The notes: generated by a model not told the origin, from the sequence alone. Shown: positions 19,039-28,990, numbered from the stretch's first letter. The stretch is DNA of 64,000 nt from Nitrospirota bacterium (GCA_963751455.1 CAVVUN010000015.1:320001-384000), one strand, 5' to 3'. Numbers and translations: made by a program.

Positions 19039-19625
19039 TGACCGTACAGGTGTCGGCATTATTGAATTACTGGTCGATCCTGCTGAGTTACTGGCGGAAA
19101 CGTTCGCCCCGGGAACACGCTATGATGTCCGCCACAGGCCTTGCCGTGTTGACCATGCTTATCTATCAGTTCCCTTATTCGCTCCAGGTGAGATCGGTTG
19201 CGGCGCTGGAAGCAGAAGCAGGGAAGGCGCAGGAAGAGAAATTACGCGCCGAGAAGGACATCGCGGACCTTAAAGCGCTGGCTGCAGAGATCAGATCCCG
19301 CGGATTATCGCCCGGCCCCGGATGGCAGCTCGCCAATCCGAAGGGCGTTTTTCTGCTTTTTCAGGATGTGTCAGGGGAAGCCAAGCGCGTCGGTGTAAAT
19401 GTCGTATCAGTTAATCCGGCGCGCGAAATAGATAAAGATAAGTATAAAGAACTGTCCATGAACCTTGATCTGAAGGGCCGTTACCGCGAATTGGCGGCTT
19501 ATTTTAAGAGCATCGAGGAGCTTCCTACCATTGTGAATATTCGGAAAATCCGGGTGGAGGCGTGTCCGGATTCGGCTTCGGTTTGCGCCGCACAGATGGA
19601 GGCAGTGATGTATGTGGAGAAGTGA
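19035..19625 (+). CDS. pilO: PilO
   Basis: ATGA overlap with pilN; LKGRYRELAAYFKSIEELPTIVNI. Confidence 0.85.
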   Translation: MMTVQVSALLNYWSILLSYWRKRSPREHAMMSATGLAVLTMLIYQFPYSLQVRSVAALEAEAGKAQEEKLRAEKDIADLKALAAEIRSRGLSPGPGWQLANPKGVFLLFQDVSGEAKRVGVNVVSVNPAREIDKDKYKELSMNLDLKGRYRELAAYFKSIEELPTIVNIRKIRVEACPDSASVCAAQMEAVMYVEK

Positions 19626-19851
19626 GGGAGCAGAGTGCGGATTTCGGGGTGAACTGCCGCAGATCCTGCTGAGTTTCCTCCCCTTCAACGGGAGGATTAA
19701 GCTGGGGATGGGTTTCTTTTCGAATTGGTGAGAAACCCATTGTCACGCCGTCCTTGATTCCCTTCTCGCGATTCACGAGAAGGTAGAACAAGGGTCGAAG
19801 ATTTACCCTCTCCTGAAGGAGAGGAGTTTGGTTGCGGCCGGAGGCCGCCTT

Positions 19852-20256
19852 ATGTTTAAACGACTGACAATCATAGCCGTCATAGTTCTAAATGCGGCAG
19901 CGGCAATGGCCGAGATCGACATGAAGCAGGACCCTTTTTTCCCGTCAGAAAATGAGAAGGCGTCAGAAGCGGCCGTTTCGGAAGCATGGGGCAGGGACCC
20001 CTTCTCCAATCCTTATACGAACGGTACGCCGGAGTCGGGCGACAAGAGCTCCCGTTATCAGGGCCAGCAACTATTGACGGGAATCATCTATAACGGCGAT
20101 GCCAGTATCGCGATCGTAGGCGGGGAAACGGTCAGGGCGGGCGACAAGGTCGGTGATCGTAAAATCATCTGGATAAGAAGGAACAGTGTGGTTCTCGTTA
20201 ACCAGTCAGGCGGGCAGGAGGAGCTTTTTCTCGAAAATTATTCTTCGAGAAAATGA
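19852..20256 (+). CDS. PilP/MshK-like periplasmic protein
   Basis: Signal peptide; RDPF motif; LTGIIY...AIVGGETVRAGD; position between pilO and pilQ. Confidence 0.65.
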   Translation: MFKRLTIIAVIVLNAAAAMAEIDMKQDPFFPSENEKASEAAVSEAWGRDPFSNPYTNGTPESGDKSSRYQGQQLLTGIIYNGDASIAIVGGETVRAGDKVGDRKIIWIRRNSVVLVNQSGGQEELFLENYSSRK

Positions 20257-20357
20257 CATCAGGCGCTTCATCGGACGCAAATAACAATCTACGCGTCGGC
20301 CCGAGACTTCGCCCGGACAGACACGGCGTCTTCAGGGCAGTTGAAACAAATGTATTT

Positions 20358-20448
20358 GTAGGGCAAGGCTTCAGCCTTGCTGATTATGCGAAAGGCAGCA
20401 ACTCCCCGCTTAATGCCTGCGGGGACAGGCTCTGAAGGGTTGCCCTAC
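20358..20448. repeat. REP doublet with 28-nt hairpin inserted in REP-B
   Basis: REP-A 20358-20380; REP-B 20398-20448 split by TCCCCGCTTAATGCCTGCGGGGACAGGC. Confidence 0.85.
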
Positions 20449-20557
20449 AAATATCGATAAAAATTGTCGCGGTTATAGGCGTAAGCGCCTTGTCGGCATT
20501 GCAGGCAGGACCCAGTTACATGAACAAGATTTCCCGCGGTCAGGGAGGTAATTGCAT

Positions 20558-21967
20558 ATGGCTTCATACTCGTTTGGTGCAAGATGGATACGCCCTCTTT
20601 TATTGATACAGTGCATCGTAAGCCTGTTTTCAGGGATTGCGTTCGCCGAGACTGTTGACGTAAAAAAGAAGGACTCCAACTTCTCCCTGGAGTTCAGGGA
20701 CGCCGAGATCAGGGACGTGCTTCGCGCGGTAGGGCAGGCGGCAGGTCTCAATATGGTCGTGGGTGACACCGTCGCAGGAAAGGTATCACTCAGCGTAAAG
20801 GATGTTGAACTCCTGGAAGCGCTCGACGCGATTCTCAAAACAAAGGGCCTCAGCTACGTCCGCAACGGGAATATCATGCGCGTGCTTATGATATCCGAGG
20901 TCCGTGACGAGGACATGGAGACCCGGGTTTTCCCCCTTGGTTATGCGACCGGCAAGGATGCTCTCACCGTTGTGGAAAAGGTCAAAAGTGATAAAGCAAA
21001 GGTTTCGGTGGACTTACGGATGAACGCAATCATGGTGAAGGATTTGTCGCTCAACCTCGATAAAATGGCGCATCTGATCAGGAATATCGATGCGCGTACC
21101 CCTCAGGTCCTGATAGAAGCAAAGATCGTGGAGGTCTCGAGTAATTACGCCCGGGAACTTGGTATCCAGTGGGGGGGCCAGTACACCGGAACAAACGGCA
21201 GAATATTCGGAGGCACCACGGCGATTGCCAATACAAGCGGCGGAACGTCCGCTCCGCTGGTCGGCGGCAATACCTTCTATCCGTTGTCCGGGGATATCGG
21301 TGTGAGCGGCAATGCATATGTCGTGAACCTGCCTGCCGAAGTAGGCCTTGGTTCGGGCGGGGCGCTCGGCATGACCTTCGCAAAGTTAGGGAGCAGGCTG
21401 ACGCTCGACCTCCAATTGTCCGCAATGCAGGCGACCGGCAACGGTAAAATTCTGTCCAACCCGAAGGTGCTGACGGTAAATAACAAAGAGGCGAAAATAT
21501 CGAGCGGCACCGATATCCCGGTAAGAACAATAAGCGCCACCGCCAACGTTGGAGCAGGCAGCACGAACACGGCAGGGGTGACAACGATATCGGCCAGCCT
21601 TTCTCTCTCGACTACCCCGATCATTACCAATGACAACCGCATCGCCCTGCTGGTGAAGGTCGAAAAATCGGAGCCCGACTTCACCCATCAGGTAGACGGC
21701 ATTCCGACAATCGTAAGACGGTCCGCGAATTCGGAGTTGATCGTAAACAACGGCGAGACGGTCGCGCTTGGAGGCATCTATACCAAGAACGAGGGCACCG
21801 CGGAAACAGGGATCCCCCTTCTTTCAAAAATACCGCTCATAGGTTGGCTTTTCAAGAAAACAACCAGGTTCGAAAACCAGTCTGAGCTTATGATATTCAT
21901 TACTCCGACGATACTCGAGGAGAAATTGCCGGGCACGGCGGAGAACGGCGGCGAGAAACCGTTTTAA
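20558..21967 (+). CDS. pilQ: Secretin PilQ
   Basis: STN/N domains; QVLIEAKIVEV, ILSNPKVLT and GIPLLSKIPLIGWLFK...ELMIFITPTI motifs. Confidence 0.93.
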   Translation: MASYSFGARWIRPLLLIQCIVSLFSGIAFAETVDVKKKDSNFSLEFRDAEIRDVLRAVGQAAGLNMVVGDTVAGKVSLSVKDVELLEALDAILKTKGLSYVRNGNIMRVLMISEVRDEDMETRVFPLGYATGKDALTVVEKVKSDKAKVSVDLRMNAIMVKDLSLNLDKMAHLIRNIDARTPQVLIEAKIVEVSSNYARELGIQWGGQYTGTNGRIFGGTTAIANTSGGTSAPLVGGNTFYPLSGDIGVSGNAYVVNLPAEVGLGSGGALGMTFAKLGSRLTLDLQLSAMQATGNGKILSNPKVLTVNNKEAKISSGTDIPVRTISATANVGAGSTNTAGVTTISASLSLSTTPIITNDNRIALLVKVEKSEPDFTHQVDGIPTIVRRSANSELIVNNGETVALGGIYTKNEGTAETGIPLLSKIPLIGWLFKKTTRFENQSELMIFITPTILEEKLPGTAENGGEKPF

Positions 21968-22084
21968 ATGCTACTCAGGTAAGCTACTTCGGTTCGAAAA
22001 GGCAAGGCGATCTCACGCAAAGCCGCGAAGCGCGCAAAGGGAATCAAAAGCCTCAGGGATAGTGACTAATCAGGGAGCCAACCT

Positions 22085-22162
22085 GTAGGGCAAGGCTTCA
22101 GCCTTGCATTCGGACGGTCTGCGTAATTCCACGTCCGGAAGCAACCCTAAAGGTTGCCCTAC
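22085..22162. repeat. REP doublet (REPIN-like)
   Basis: REP-A 22085-22107 and inverted REP-B 22141-22162. Confidence 0.9.
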
Positions 22163-22230
22163 AAAGGCAGTGCGAACGCGCGAGTGCAGGGCGCGGCTTT
22201 GCGCGAAAATGATTTTGTTCAGGAGTTTTC

Positions 22231-23982
22231 ATGGCTGATGCACCACCTAAAAAGAAGATGGTCGGCGAACTGATGGTCGCCTCCGGCATGATCAACGAGT
22301 CGCAGTTAAAAAGGGCGCTCGACGAACAGAAAAGTCGGGGCGGCAGGGTCGGTGAATTGCTCGTCAACATGGGTTTCATCTCGGAGTACGATTTCGCTTC
22401 GATTCTCGCGAAACAGCTGAATCTCGGGTATATAGAAATTGAAAAAGAGCTGGTAAACGGCAAGATTGTCAGGTGTATTCCCGAGGAGATGGCGAGGCGC
22501 CTTGTGGCCCTTCCCCTGTACGAGCAAAAAGAGAAGGTCGTCGTGGCAACGGCCGATCCTTTGGATATATTCGCGCTCGATGATATCAGAAACGCCCTTT
22601 CAAGGGACGTCGTGCAGGTCGTGGCGACAAGGAGCGATATCCTGAGCGCCATAAGCCGGTATTACGGCATGGACCCGGCGCTGGAGACCGCGCCTGCTGC
22701 AAAGGGAACACAGGCCGCGACGGACGATGGAGGCGAACCCGACATTGCATCCGCGGAGGACGCCCCGATAGCGAAGCTCGTGAGCGGTCTGCTTGCGCAG
22801 GCCGTCATGGACCGCGCGAGCGATATCCATATCAACGGCGAGGGAAAGACCATCAAAGTCCGGTACCGGATCGACGGCGCGCTCAGGGACGTGAGGTCTC
22901 TCCCTCGGGAAATGCATGCTTCAATCGTCTCGCGCATCAAGATCCTTGCCCATATGGATATCGCCGAGAAGCGCGTTCCGCAGGACGGCCGCTTTCAGGC
23001 AAGGGTTACGCATACGGCGTCAGGGCCGGTGGTAACGTCGGTTTTCAGCAGCCGTGCGTCATTTCGCGCGGATGACGAGGCCACGGTCGATATCAGGGTA
23101 TCGACACTCCCCGTGATCCAGGGAGAAACCGTGGTCATGCGAATTCTGACCCGGACCAATCTCATTAATAACGTCGAGGGCCTTCAATTGAATCCGGACC
23201 TGCATGTCCGGTACACGAAACTTATTGCCCGTCCCTTCGGCATGCTGCTGGTAACAGGGCCCACAGGCAGCGGAAAGTCCACGACCCTCTATGCAAGCAT
23301 AAATTCCCTTGACCGGACTAAAAACAATATCATTACCGTGGAAGACCCGGTCGAGTATCAGATCAGCGGGGTCAACCAACTACAGGTGAACCCAAAAGCC
23401 GGCGTCACATTTGCGAGCGGGCTCCGTTCCATTCTTCGGCAGGACCCCGACATCATCATGGTGGGAGAAATACGGGACCGGGAAACCGCCGAAATCGCCA
23501 TTCACGCTGCGCTTACCGGGCACGTGGTCTTCTCCTCGCTCCATACCAATGACGCTGCGAGCGCCGCCAGCAGGCTGATCGAGATGGGCATCGAGCCGTT
23601 TCTGATCGCTTCTTCCATTACGGGTATCGTGGCCCAGCGCCTGATACGGAAAATATGCGACCAGTGCAGAAAACCATTTTCTCCGCCTGCCGAATTGCTC
23701 AAAACGCTCGGTATACCTCCGACCGGCAGATTTTTCCGGGGAGAAGGATGCCCGCATTGTAAAAACACGGGGTATCACGGCAGGATCGGACTGTATGAGC
23801 TTATCGAGATGACCGATACGATCCGCGGGTTGATCGTTTCAAAGGCGCCGAGTTCAGTAATGAGAACAGCGGCTGCCCGGGAAGGGTCCATCAGCCTGCG
23901 TCAGGAAGGGCTTCGTAAGGCCGCTGCAGGCATCACCACGCTGGAAGAAGTTCTTCGAGTGACCATGGAAGATGCGGTGTAA
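22231..23982 (+). CDS. pilB: Pilus extension ATPase PilB/GspE/MshE with MshEN-like N-terminus
   Basis: GPTGSGKST, TVEDPVEY, LRQDPDIIMVGEIRD, Cys4 zinc site; RVGELL motif. Confidence 0.95.
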   Translation: MADAPPKKKMVGELMVASGMINESQLKRALDEQKSRGGRVGELLVNMGFISEYDFASILAKQLNLGYIEIEKELVNGKIVRCIPEEMARRLVALPLYEQKEKVVVATADPLDIFALDDIRNALSRDVVQVVATRSDILSAISRYYGMDPALETAPAAKGTQAATDDGGEPDIASAEDAPIAKLVSGLLAQAVMDRASDIHINGEGKTIKVRYRIDGALRDVRSLPREMHASIVSRIKILAHMDIAEKRVPQDGRFQARVTHTASGPVVTSVFSSRASFRADDEATVDIRVSTLPVIQGETVVMRILTRTNLINNVEGLQLNPDLHVRYTKLIARPFGMLLVTGPTGSGKSTTLYASINSLDRTKNNIITVEDPVEYQISGVNQLQVNPKAGVTFASGLRSILRQDPDIIMVGEIRDRETAEIAIHAALTGHVVFSSLHTNDAASAASRLIEMGIEPFLIASSITGIVAQRLIRKICDQCRKPFSPPAELLKTLGIPPTGRFFRGEGCPHCKNTGYHGRIGLYELIEMTDTIRGLIVSKAPSSVMRTAAAREGSISLRQEGLRKAAAGITTLEEVLRVTMEDAV

Positions 23983-24018
23983 ACTCTTCGTTTAAGACCG
24001 TAACAATCCGTTATCGCT

Positions 24019-24190
24019 TGATCCTAAAAACGGCATTTGAACACGGATGAACACGGTAACAGCGGATCAAAACAATGTGATAGAGCAAAAAGCCATCTCG
24101 CCTTTTGGGTGAATCCATTACTGTTCGTAACTTCCTATAAATCCGTGTTGATCAGATTTTATCCGTGTCCAACTGCTTTTTTCAGGTTGA
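24019..24190. mobile_element. MITE-like element, divergent copy of 25965/30770 family
   Basis: Ends ATCCTAAAAACGGCATTTG...CAACTGCTTTTTTCAGGTT; internal ACACGGAT 9-mers. Confidence 0.6.
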
Positions 24191-24330
24191 TACCTCATTA
24201 ATACTACCCAGCAGGAATTGATGATCTTCATCACGCCCGCCATCGTGACAAAATGATCGGGCCGTCGCAGCCGCTGCTTCCGGGTTTCGTCGTTGACACC
24301 AGACATGCTCTGGCGTAGTATGAAACAGCG

Positions 24331-24783
24331 ATGGAGACAGAGCGAAGGAAATTTATAAAGAAGGCCCTGTACGGAGTGCTCGCTCTGCTCGGTCTTGGCT
24401 TTCTCATTCCGGGCATAACCGTTTTCTCCCCGGTCGGTACGCGGGCCAAGGACCTGCTCTATTTCCCCCTGATGCCGGAGGAAGAAGTTCCCCGATCTGG
24501 CGTGAAAAAAAGCGAACTGGCGTATATGGTTTCCGGCAGGGAGCGAAAAGCGCGGGTATTCATCGTTTCTTCTCAAAAAGGTCTTACGGTGCTTTCAGCC
24601 ACCTGCTCCCACCTGGGTTGCCTCGTTCAGTACAACAAACAAAAAAATGAATTCATCTGCCCTTGCCACAGCGGGAGGTATGATCTATCCGGAAAGAATA
24701 TAGCCGGGCCTCCGCCGGCTCCGCTGAATAGTCTGCCGATCAAAATCGAGAATGGCGTTGTAATGATCGGGGTCAGAGTTTAA
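24331..24783 (+). CDS. petC: Rieske 2Fe-2S protein (Tat-anchored)
   Basis: ERRKFIK twin-arginine motif; CSHLGC and CPCHSG boxes; GPPP. Confidence 0.9.
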   Translation: METERRKFIKKALYGVLALLGLGFLIPGITVFSPVGTRAKDLLYFPLMPEEEVPRSGVKKSELAYMVSGRERKARVFIVSSQKGLTVLSATCSHLGCLVQYNKQKNEFICPCHSGRYDLSGKNIAGPPPAPLNSLPIKIENGVVMIGVRV

Positions 24784-24861
24784 CGGTCTGCGAGCGGCAA
24801 GCTGCAATGCGGTTTGCCGGAGACGCAGCAGAGGTTTGTATCTCAAAATTTGGAATACCGC

Positions 24862-25506
24862 ATGAATATTCTCGACTACCTCAATACGCGTCTCGGTTTT
24901 TCAAGCAGGCATCGACGGGTGATCGACAGGCCTGTGCCCGCAGGAATCAATTATTTTTATTGCCTCGGCGGCGTAACCTTCACCTTGTTCGTGATGCAGG
25001 TGCTGACGGGACTCCTGTTGTCAATCCATTACAATCCCTCCGAAGCGGAAGCGTACGTGAGCATCCAGCGTCTGCAGACGGCGGTGCCGCTCGGTCATCT
25101 GCTCCGGTCGATACATCATTGGGCCGCGAACCTCATGGTCGTTATGGTCACGCTGCACATGCTGAGGGTATTCATCACGGGCTCCTATAAAAATCCGCGG
25201 GAGCTGAACTGGATCGCGGGCTGCATTCTCTTGCTGCTCACATTGGGCTTCGGCTTTACCGGCTATCTTCTGCCCTGGGACCAGAAGGCGTACTGGGCCA
25301 CTGTGGTCGGGACGAACATGCTCGGCTCGCTGCCGCAAATAGGGCCGTGGCTTGCGTCAATAATACGAGGCGGAGAAGAAGTTTCCGGCCAGACGCTGCT
25401 TCGCTTTTTCAGCCTGCACGTGCTCTGGCTCCCTGTCTTTACGGGTTTTTTTCTCTGGGTGCATTTTCACATACTGAGAAGGGTGGGAATTTCCGGCGGT
25501 ATGTGA
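24862..25506 (+). CDS. petB: Cytochrome b6-like subunit
   Basis: RSIHHWAAN, HMLRVF, FTGYLLPWDQ and LH...HF heme ligands. Confidence 0.9.
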   Translation: MNILDYLNTRLGFSSRHRRVIDRPVPAGINYFYCLGGVTFTLFVMQVLTGLLLSIHYNPSEAEAYVSIQRLQTAVPLGHLLRSIHHWAANLMVVMVTLHMLRVFITGSYKNPRELNWIAGCILLLLTLGFGFTGYLLPWDQKAYWATVVGTNMLGSLPQIGPWLASIIRGGEEVSGQTLLRFFSLHVLWLPVFTGFFLWVHFHILRRVGISGGM

Positions 25507-25572
25507 CAGATGAAAAGGAAGAAGCAATACTGATTGGATTGTTCGAAAGATCCGGCCAACCAATGAAAGAGC

Positions 25573-25953
25573 ATGATTAACAGCGGAAAAAATTTTTTCC
25601 CCTATATTGTATTCGAGATCACGCTTGCTGTGCTCTTCACGATCGAGGCGGTATTGATCCTCGCGGTTCTGTTTCCCTCGATAACAGGAAGGGAAATAGA
25701 CTTCTCCGCCCAGTTTCAGCCCCGGCCGGAATGGTATTTTCTATTTCTGTACCAGCTTACCAAATACTTCCCGGGTCGGTTTACCTTCGTGGGAGCCGTA
25801 CTCCTGCCCGGTCTCGCCTTCAGTGCTCTCCTCATGGCGCCGTTCCTTGACAGCGGGAAAGAAACAGCGGTCCGCGGCAGAAAGGGGACGCTCTTTGCCG
25901 GTTTCTCAATGCTCGGAGCGGTCATTCTGCTGACGGTCCTATCGCTGCTGTGA
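25573..25953 (+). CDS. petD: Cytochrome b C-terminal/subunit IV
   Basis: PEWY Qo-site motif; three TM helices. Confidence 0.85.
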   Translation: MINSGKNFFPYIVFEITLAVLFTIEAVLILAVLFPSITGREIDFSAQFQPRPEWYFLFLYQLTKYFPGRFTFVGAVLLPGLAFSALLMAPFLDSGKETAVRGRKGTLFAGFSMLGAVILLTVLSLL

Positions 25954-25964
25954 TTGAAATCGTT

Positions 25965-26149
25965 TTAACCTGAAAACGGCAGTTGGACGCAGATGAACGC
26001 AGATAACCGCAGATCAAACAAAAGGATTTTTAGAGAAAAAAATTCACCCGCAGGGTGACTGCTTTTACGATACAAGAACGTTTTTTTTATCCGACCTTAT
26101 CTGCGTTTATCCGATTTTTCTGCGTCCCAAATGCTTTTTTTAGGTTCAA
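25965..26149. mobile_element. MITE-like element, about 180 bp
   Basis: Ends TTAACCTGAAAACGGCAGTTGG...CCAAATGCTTTTTTTAGGTT; internal ACGCAGAT 9-mers; near-identical inverted copy at 30770-30943. Confidence 0.75.
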
Positions 26150-26167
26150 CGATTGTTACAGCGCAGT

Positions 26168-27517
26168 CTACTTTTCTATCCCCAGCTCCTTCAATTTTTT
26201 CCAGAGAGTGACCCTGCTTATGCCCAGGTGCTTTGCGGTAAGCGTACGATTGCCGTTATGAAGGGCAAGCGCGGCTTCGAATTTATGCCGGTCAACACTG
26301 ACTCCATTCTCGCCGGGCTTGTTTTGAACGAATAAGTATTCAGGCAGGTCGCTTATCTCGATGGTGTCTCCCCTGGCCGTTATCGCGCTGTGTTCCAGAG
26401 TATTAATGAGCTGCCGGACGTTCCCCGGCCACCGGTAGTTTATGATTGCGTCAAGGGCTTCGGGGCTTATCCGGCGGATGTCCTTGCTGTTGACATGCGC
26501 TATCTTTTTCAGGTAATGAAAAGCGACCGCCGGGATATCCTCAGTCCGGTCCCTGAGCGGGGGGACCTTGATCACCAGGGAATTTATCCGGTACAGCAGG
26601 TCTTCCCGGAACAGGTCCGAGCTGACGAGTCCGTTCAGATCCTTGTTCGTTGCCGAGATGAGCCGGATATTTACCGGGATCGAGCGGTTATCTCCGACCC
26701 GTTCCACCAGTTTTTCTTCGATGACCCGCAGCACTTTTACCTGCATGAGTTTCGGCATATCGCCGATTTCATCGAGGAAGATGCTCCCGTCATGGGCGGC
26801 TTCGAACCTTCCTGTCCGGTCGTTTACCGCGCCGGTAAAGGACCCTTTCTTGTGGCCGAACAGCTCGCTTTCGAGCAAATAGTCGTTGAGTGACCCGCAG
26901 TTCATTGCCACGAAAGGACCGTCCTTGCGCCTGCTGAGCGCGTGAATTGCACTGGCAACCAGGTTTTTTCCTGTTCCGCTTTCACCGAAGATGAGGACCG
27001 GAGCTTCGCTTTGAGCCGCGTTTCGGATCTGCTCGAACAGCCGCTGCATCAAGGCGCTTTTGCCGAGCAAACCCATGAACCAGTATTCCTGCCGCAACTC
27101 GTGCTTCAGCTCTTCGAGCTCTATTTCCTTCATATAGAGCGAGGTGATGTCAGTCATCGATTCTACGGCCCCGATCATCTCGCCGTTTTCATCCTTCAGA
27201 ATAGTGACGTTCTTGAGGAGATAAACAGCCCGACCGTCATTCGACCTGATCCGGCATTTTTTATTCTCAATGCCTCCGGTTTTAAATATGCAGCAATCTT
27301 TCTTTTTACCTTCATCCGATAAAATAACGCAGGTATCGCTGTCCAGTATAGTGCATTGCTGCCCGCTGACCTCTTTTCTGGAATAACCCGTAATTTCTTC
27401 TGCCGCACGGTTGAAATAGAGAATCTTGCCCTCTCTATCCACGATCATGAGCCCGTCTCTCATGGTTTCGAAGACATTTATCAAAAAGTTCGGTTCCTTG
27501 CAGAGTTTATCGAACAT
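26168..27517 (-). CDS. PAS-domain sigma-54-dependent activator (Fis HTH)
   Basis: PAS domain; GESGTGK; ESELFGHKKGSFTGA; WPGNVRQL; LGISRVTLWKKL. Confidence 0.95.
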   Translation of the reverse strand: MFDKLCKEPNFLINVFETMRDGLMIVDREGKILYFNRAAEEITGYSRKEVSGQQCTILDSDTCVILSDEGKKKDCCIFKTGGIENKKCRIRSNDGRAVYLLKNVTILKDENGEMIGAVESMTDITSLYMKEIELEELKHELRQEYWFMGLLGKSALMQRLFEQIRNAAQSEAPVLIFGESGTGKNLVASAIHALSRRKDGPFVAMNCGSLNDYLLESELFGHKKGSFTGAVNDRTGRFEAAHDGSIFLDEIGDMPKLMQVKVLRVIEEKLVERVGDNRSIPVNIRLISATNKDLNGLVSSDLFREDLLYRINSLVIKVPPLRDRTEDIPAVAFHYLKKIAHVNSKDIRRISPEALDAIINYRWPGNVRQLINTLEHSAITARGDTIEISDLPEYLFVQNKPGENGVSVDRHKFEAALALHNGNRTLTAKHLGISRVTLWKKLKELGIEK

Positions 27518-27540
27518 AGATCCCTCGCAGTGCAACTTAA

Positions 27541-27688
27541 TGTTAATTTACCTGTTAACTGTTAATTAACGGATGTTAATGTTAATTATCAGATTAACAC
27601 TTTTTTGTCAACCGGAAATTATAATGAGTGGTAACATGCTGAATTTAAAGCGAATTTCATTTTTTCGACTTTTGGCATTGGCCTTGCT
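27541..27688 (+). promoter_or_regulatory. Sigma-54 promoter with upstream activator sites
   Basis: TGGCATTGGCCTTGCT (GG-N10-GC) at 27673-27688; palindrome TGTTAAT-N6-ATTAACA at 27580-27599 plus further TGTTAA half-sites. Confidence 0.8.
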
Positions 27689-27742
27689 ATATATGCCCTA
27701 AATTTGTGAAGTTGTAAAATTTAAACTTTATGGAGTGCTTTT

Positions 27743-28327
27743 ATGAAAAAGGTGCTTATAGCAGTCGATGACACGAAGGCATCTCAAAATGTAATGTCGG
27801 TCTTTCATAACTTTGTTCAAAAGCCGGTAGAGGTTGTGCTGCTTCACGTCGGGAAGCTGCAAGGACGGTCCCTCATGATTGATATGCTGGGTCAAGCGGA
27901 AATTTCGACCTTCCGGGAAATGATCAAAGGCACCGATTACAAAGCCGGCCTCGACAAAAGATCGGAACAGATACTCTCATTTTACTCAAAACAGCTCGGC
28001 CTGACCAGTCCTTCTACCGTTAAATCCGTAAGAAGAGACGGCATCCCCTCCGAGGAAATTCTGAAGGTTGCCGAGGAAGAAGGGGCGGAACTCATCATTC
28101 TCGGACAGAGCGGCAAAAAAGGTTTTGACCGGTTCATTACGGGAAAGGTTGCCACCTATGTAGAGAAGAATGCCAAAGTGCCGGTACTGGTCGCAAAAAG
28201 GGCACTTATGTGTGAAGAGCCGTTTACCAGGAGGGACGCGTACGCCGCTGTTTCGGTTACGACGGCGGTCATGGTTGCGCTGTTTCTTCTGGGGGTGATT
28301 CTGCAGAGGGGCGGACTTATCCATTAA
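27743..28327 (+). CDS. Universal stress protein with C-terminal TM anchor
   Basis: KKVLIAVDD...GIPSEEILKVA...VPVLV; hydrophobic tail. Confidence 0.9.
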   Translation: MKKVLIAVDDTKASQNVMSVFHNFVQKPVEVVLLHVGKLQGRSLMIDMLGQAEISTFREMIKGTDYKAGLDKRSEQILSFYSKQLGLTSPSTVKSVRRDGIPSEEILKVAEEEGAELIILGQSGKKGFDRFITGKVATYVEKNAKVPVLVAKRALMCEEPFTRRDAYAAVSVTTAVMVALFLLGVILQRGGLIH

Positions 28328-28465
28328 TCCCGCGACTATGAATCCCCGGCTTGCGCCGAGGAGGTATGCGTCGTAACCGCGGGAGTCGCGTTGTTGTGGA
28401 GAGACTCCGGCTAATGCCGGAGGAGGCTCCACTAGCATTTAAAGCACCATATCAAGGAGGTTACA

Positions 28466-28990
28466 ATGAAAAAAGTGTTGATCGCAGTAGATGAGACAGA
28501 GGGTTCAAAGTCGGTATTATCGGTTTTCCGAAACATGGTCCGTCCGCCGGAGAGCGTGGTTCTGGTCCATGTCCAGCAGCTCGAAGGCAAATCGCTCATG
28601 ATCGATATGCTCGGAGAGGCAGAAATGGCGACCCTCCGTGAGTCTCTGAAAGACACAGAGCACAAAGAGGCTCTGGACAGGCAATCCCGGAAAATCCTGA
28701 ACTACTACCGCAAAGAGATGGAGAACGGGGGTCTCGTCAACGTCAAGACATTGATTCGCGACGGTGTTCCCTCGGAAGAGATTATGAAAGTCGCCCAGGA
28801 AGAGGGTGTGGACCTCATTATCACGGGCTACAACGGAAAGACCCTGATGCAGAGACTTATCACCGGTTCCGTGAGCAAGAATGTGGAGAAAAATGCGCCT
28901 GTGCCGGTCCTCGTAGCAAAAAATCCGACCGAGGAAGAAAAACTGGCCTGGACAGCAGCTTCGGCCATGAATTTGAAGGAAAGTCTTTAG
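28466..28990 (+). CDS. Universal stress protein
   Basis: USP motifs; GSVSKNV. Confidence 0.9.
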   Translation: MKKVLIAVDETEGSKSVLSVFRNMVRPPESVVLVHVQQLEGKSLMIDMLGEAEMATLRESLKDTEHKEALDRQSRKILNYYRKEMENGGLVNVKTLIRDGVPSEEIMKVAQEEGVDLIITGYNGKTLMQRLITGSVSKNVEKNAPVPVLVAKNPTEEEKLAWTAASAMNLKESL

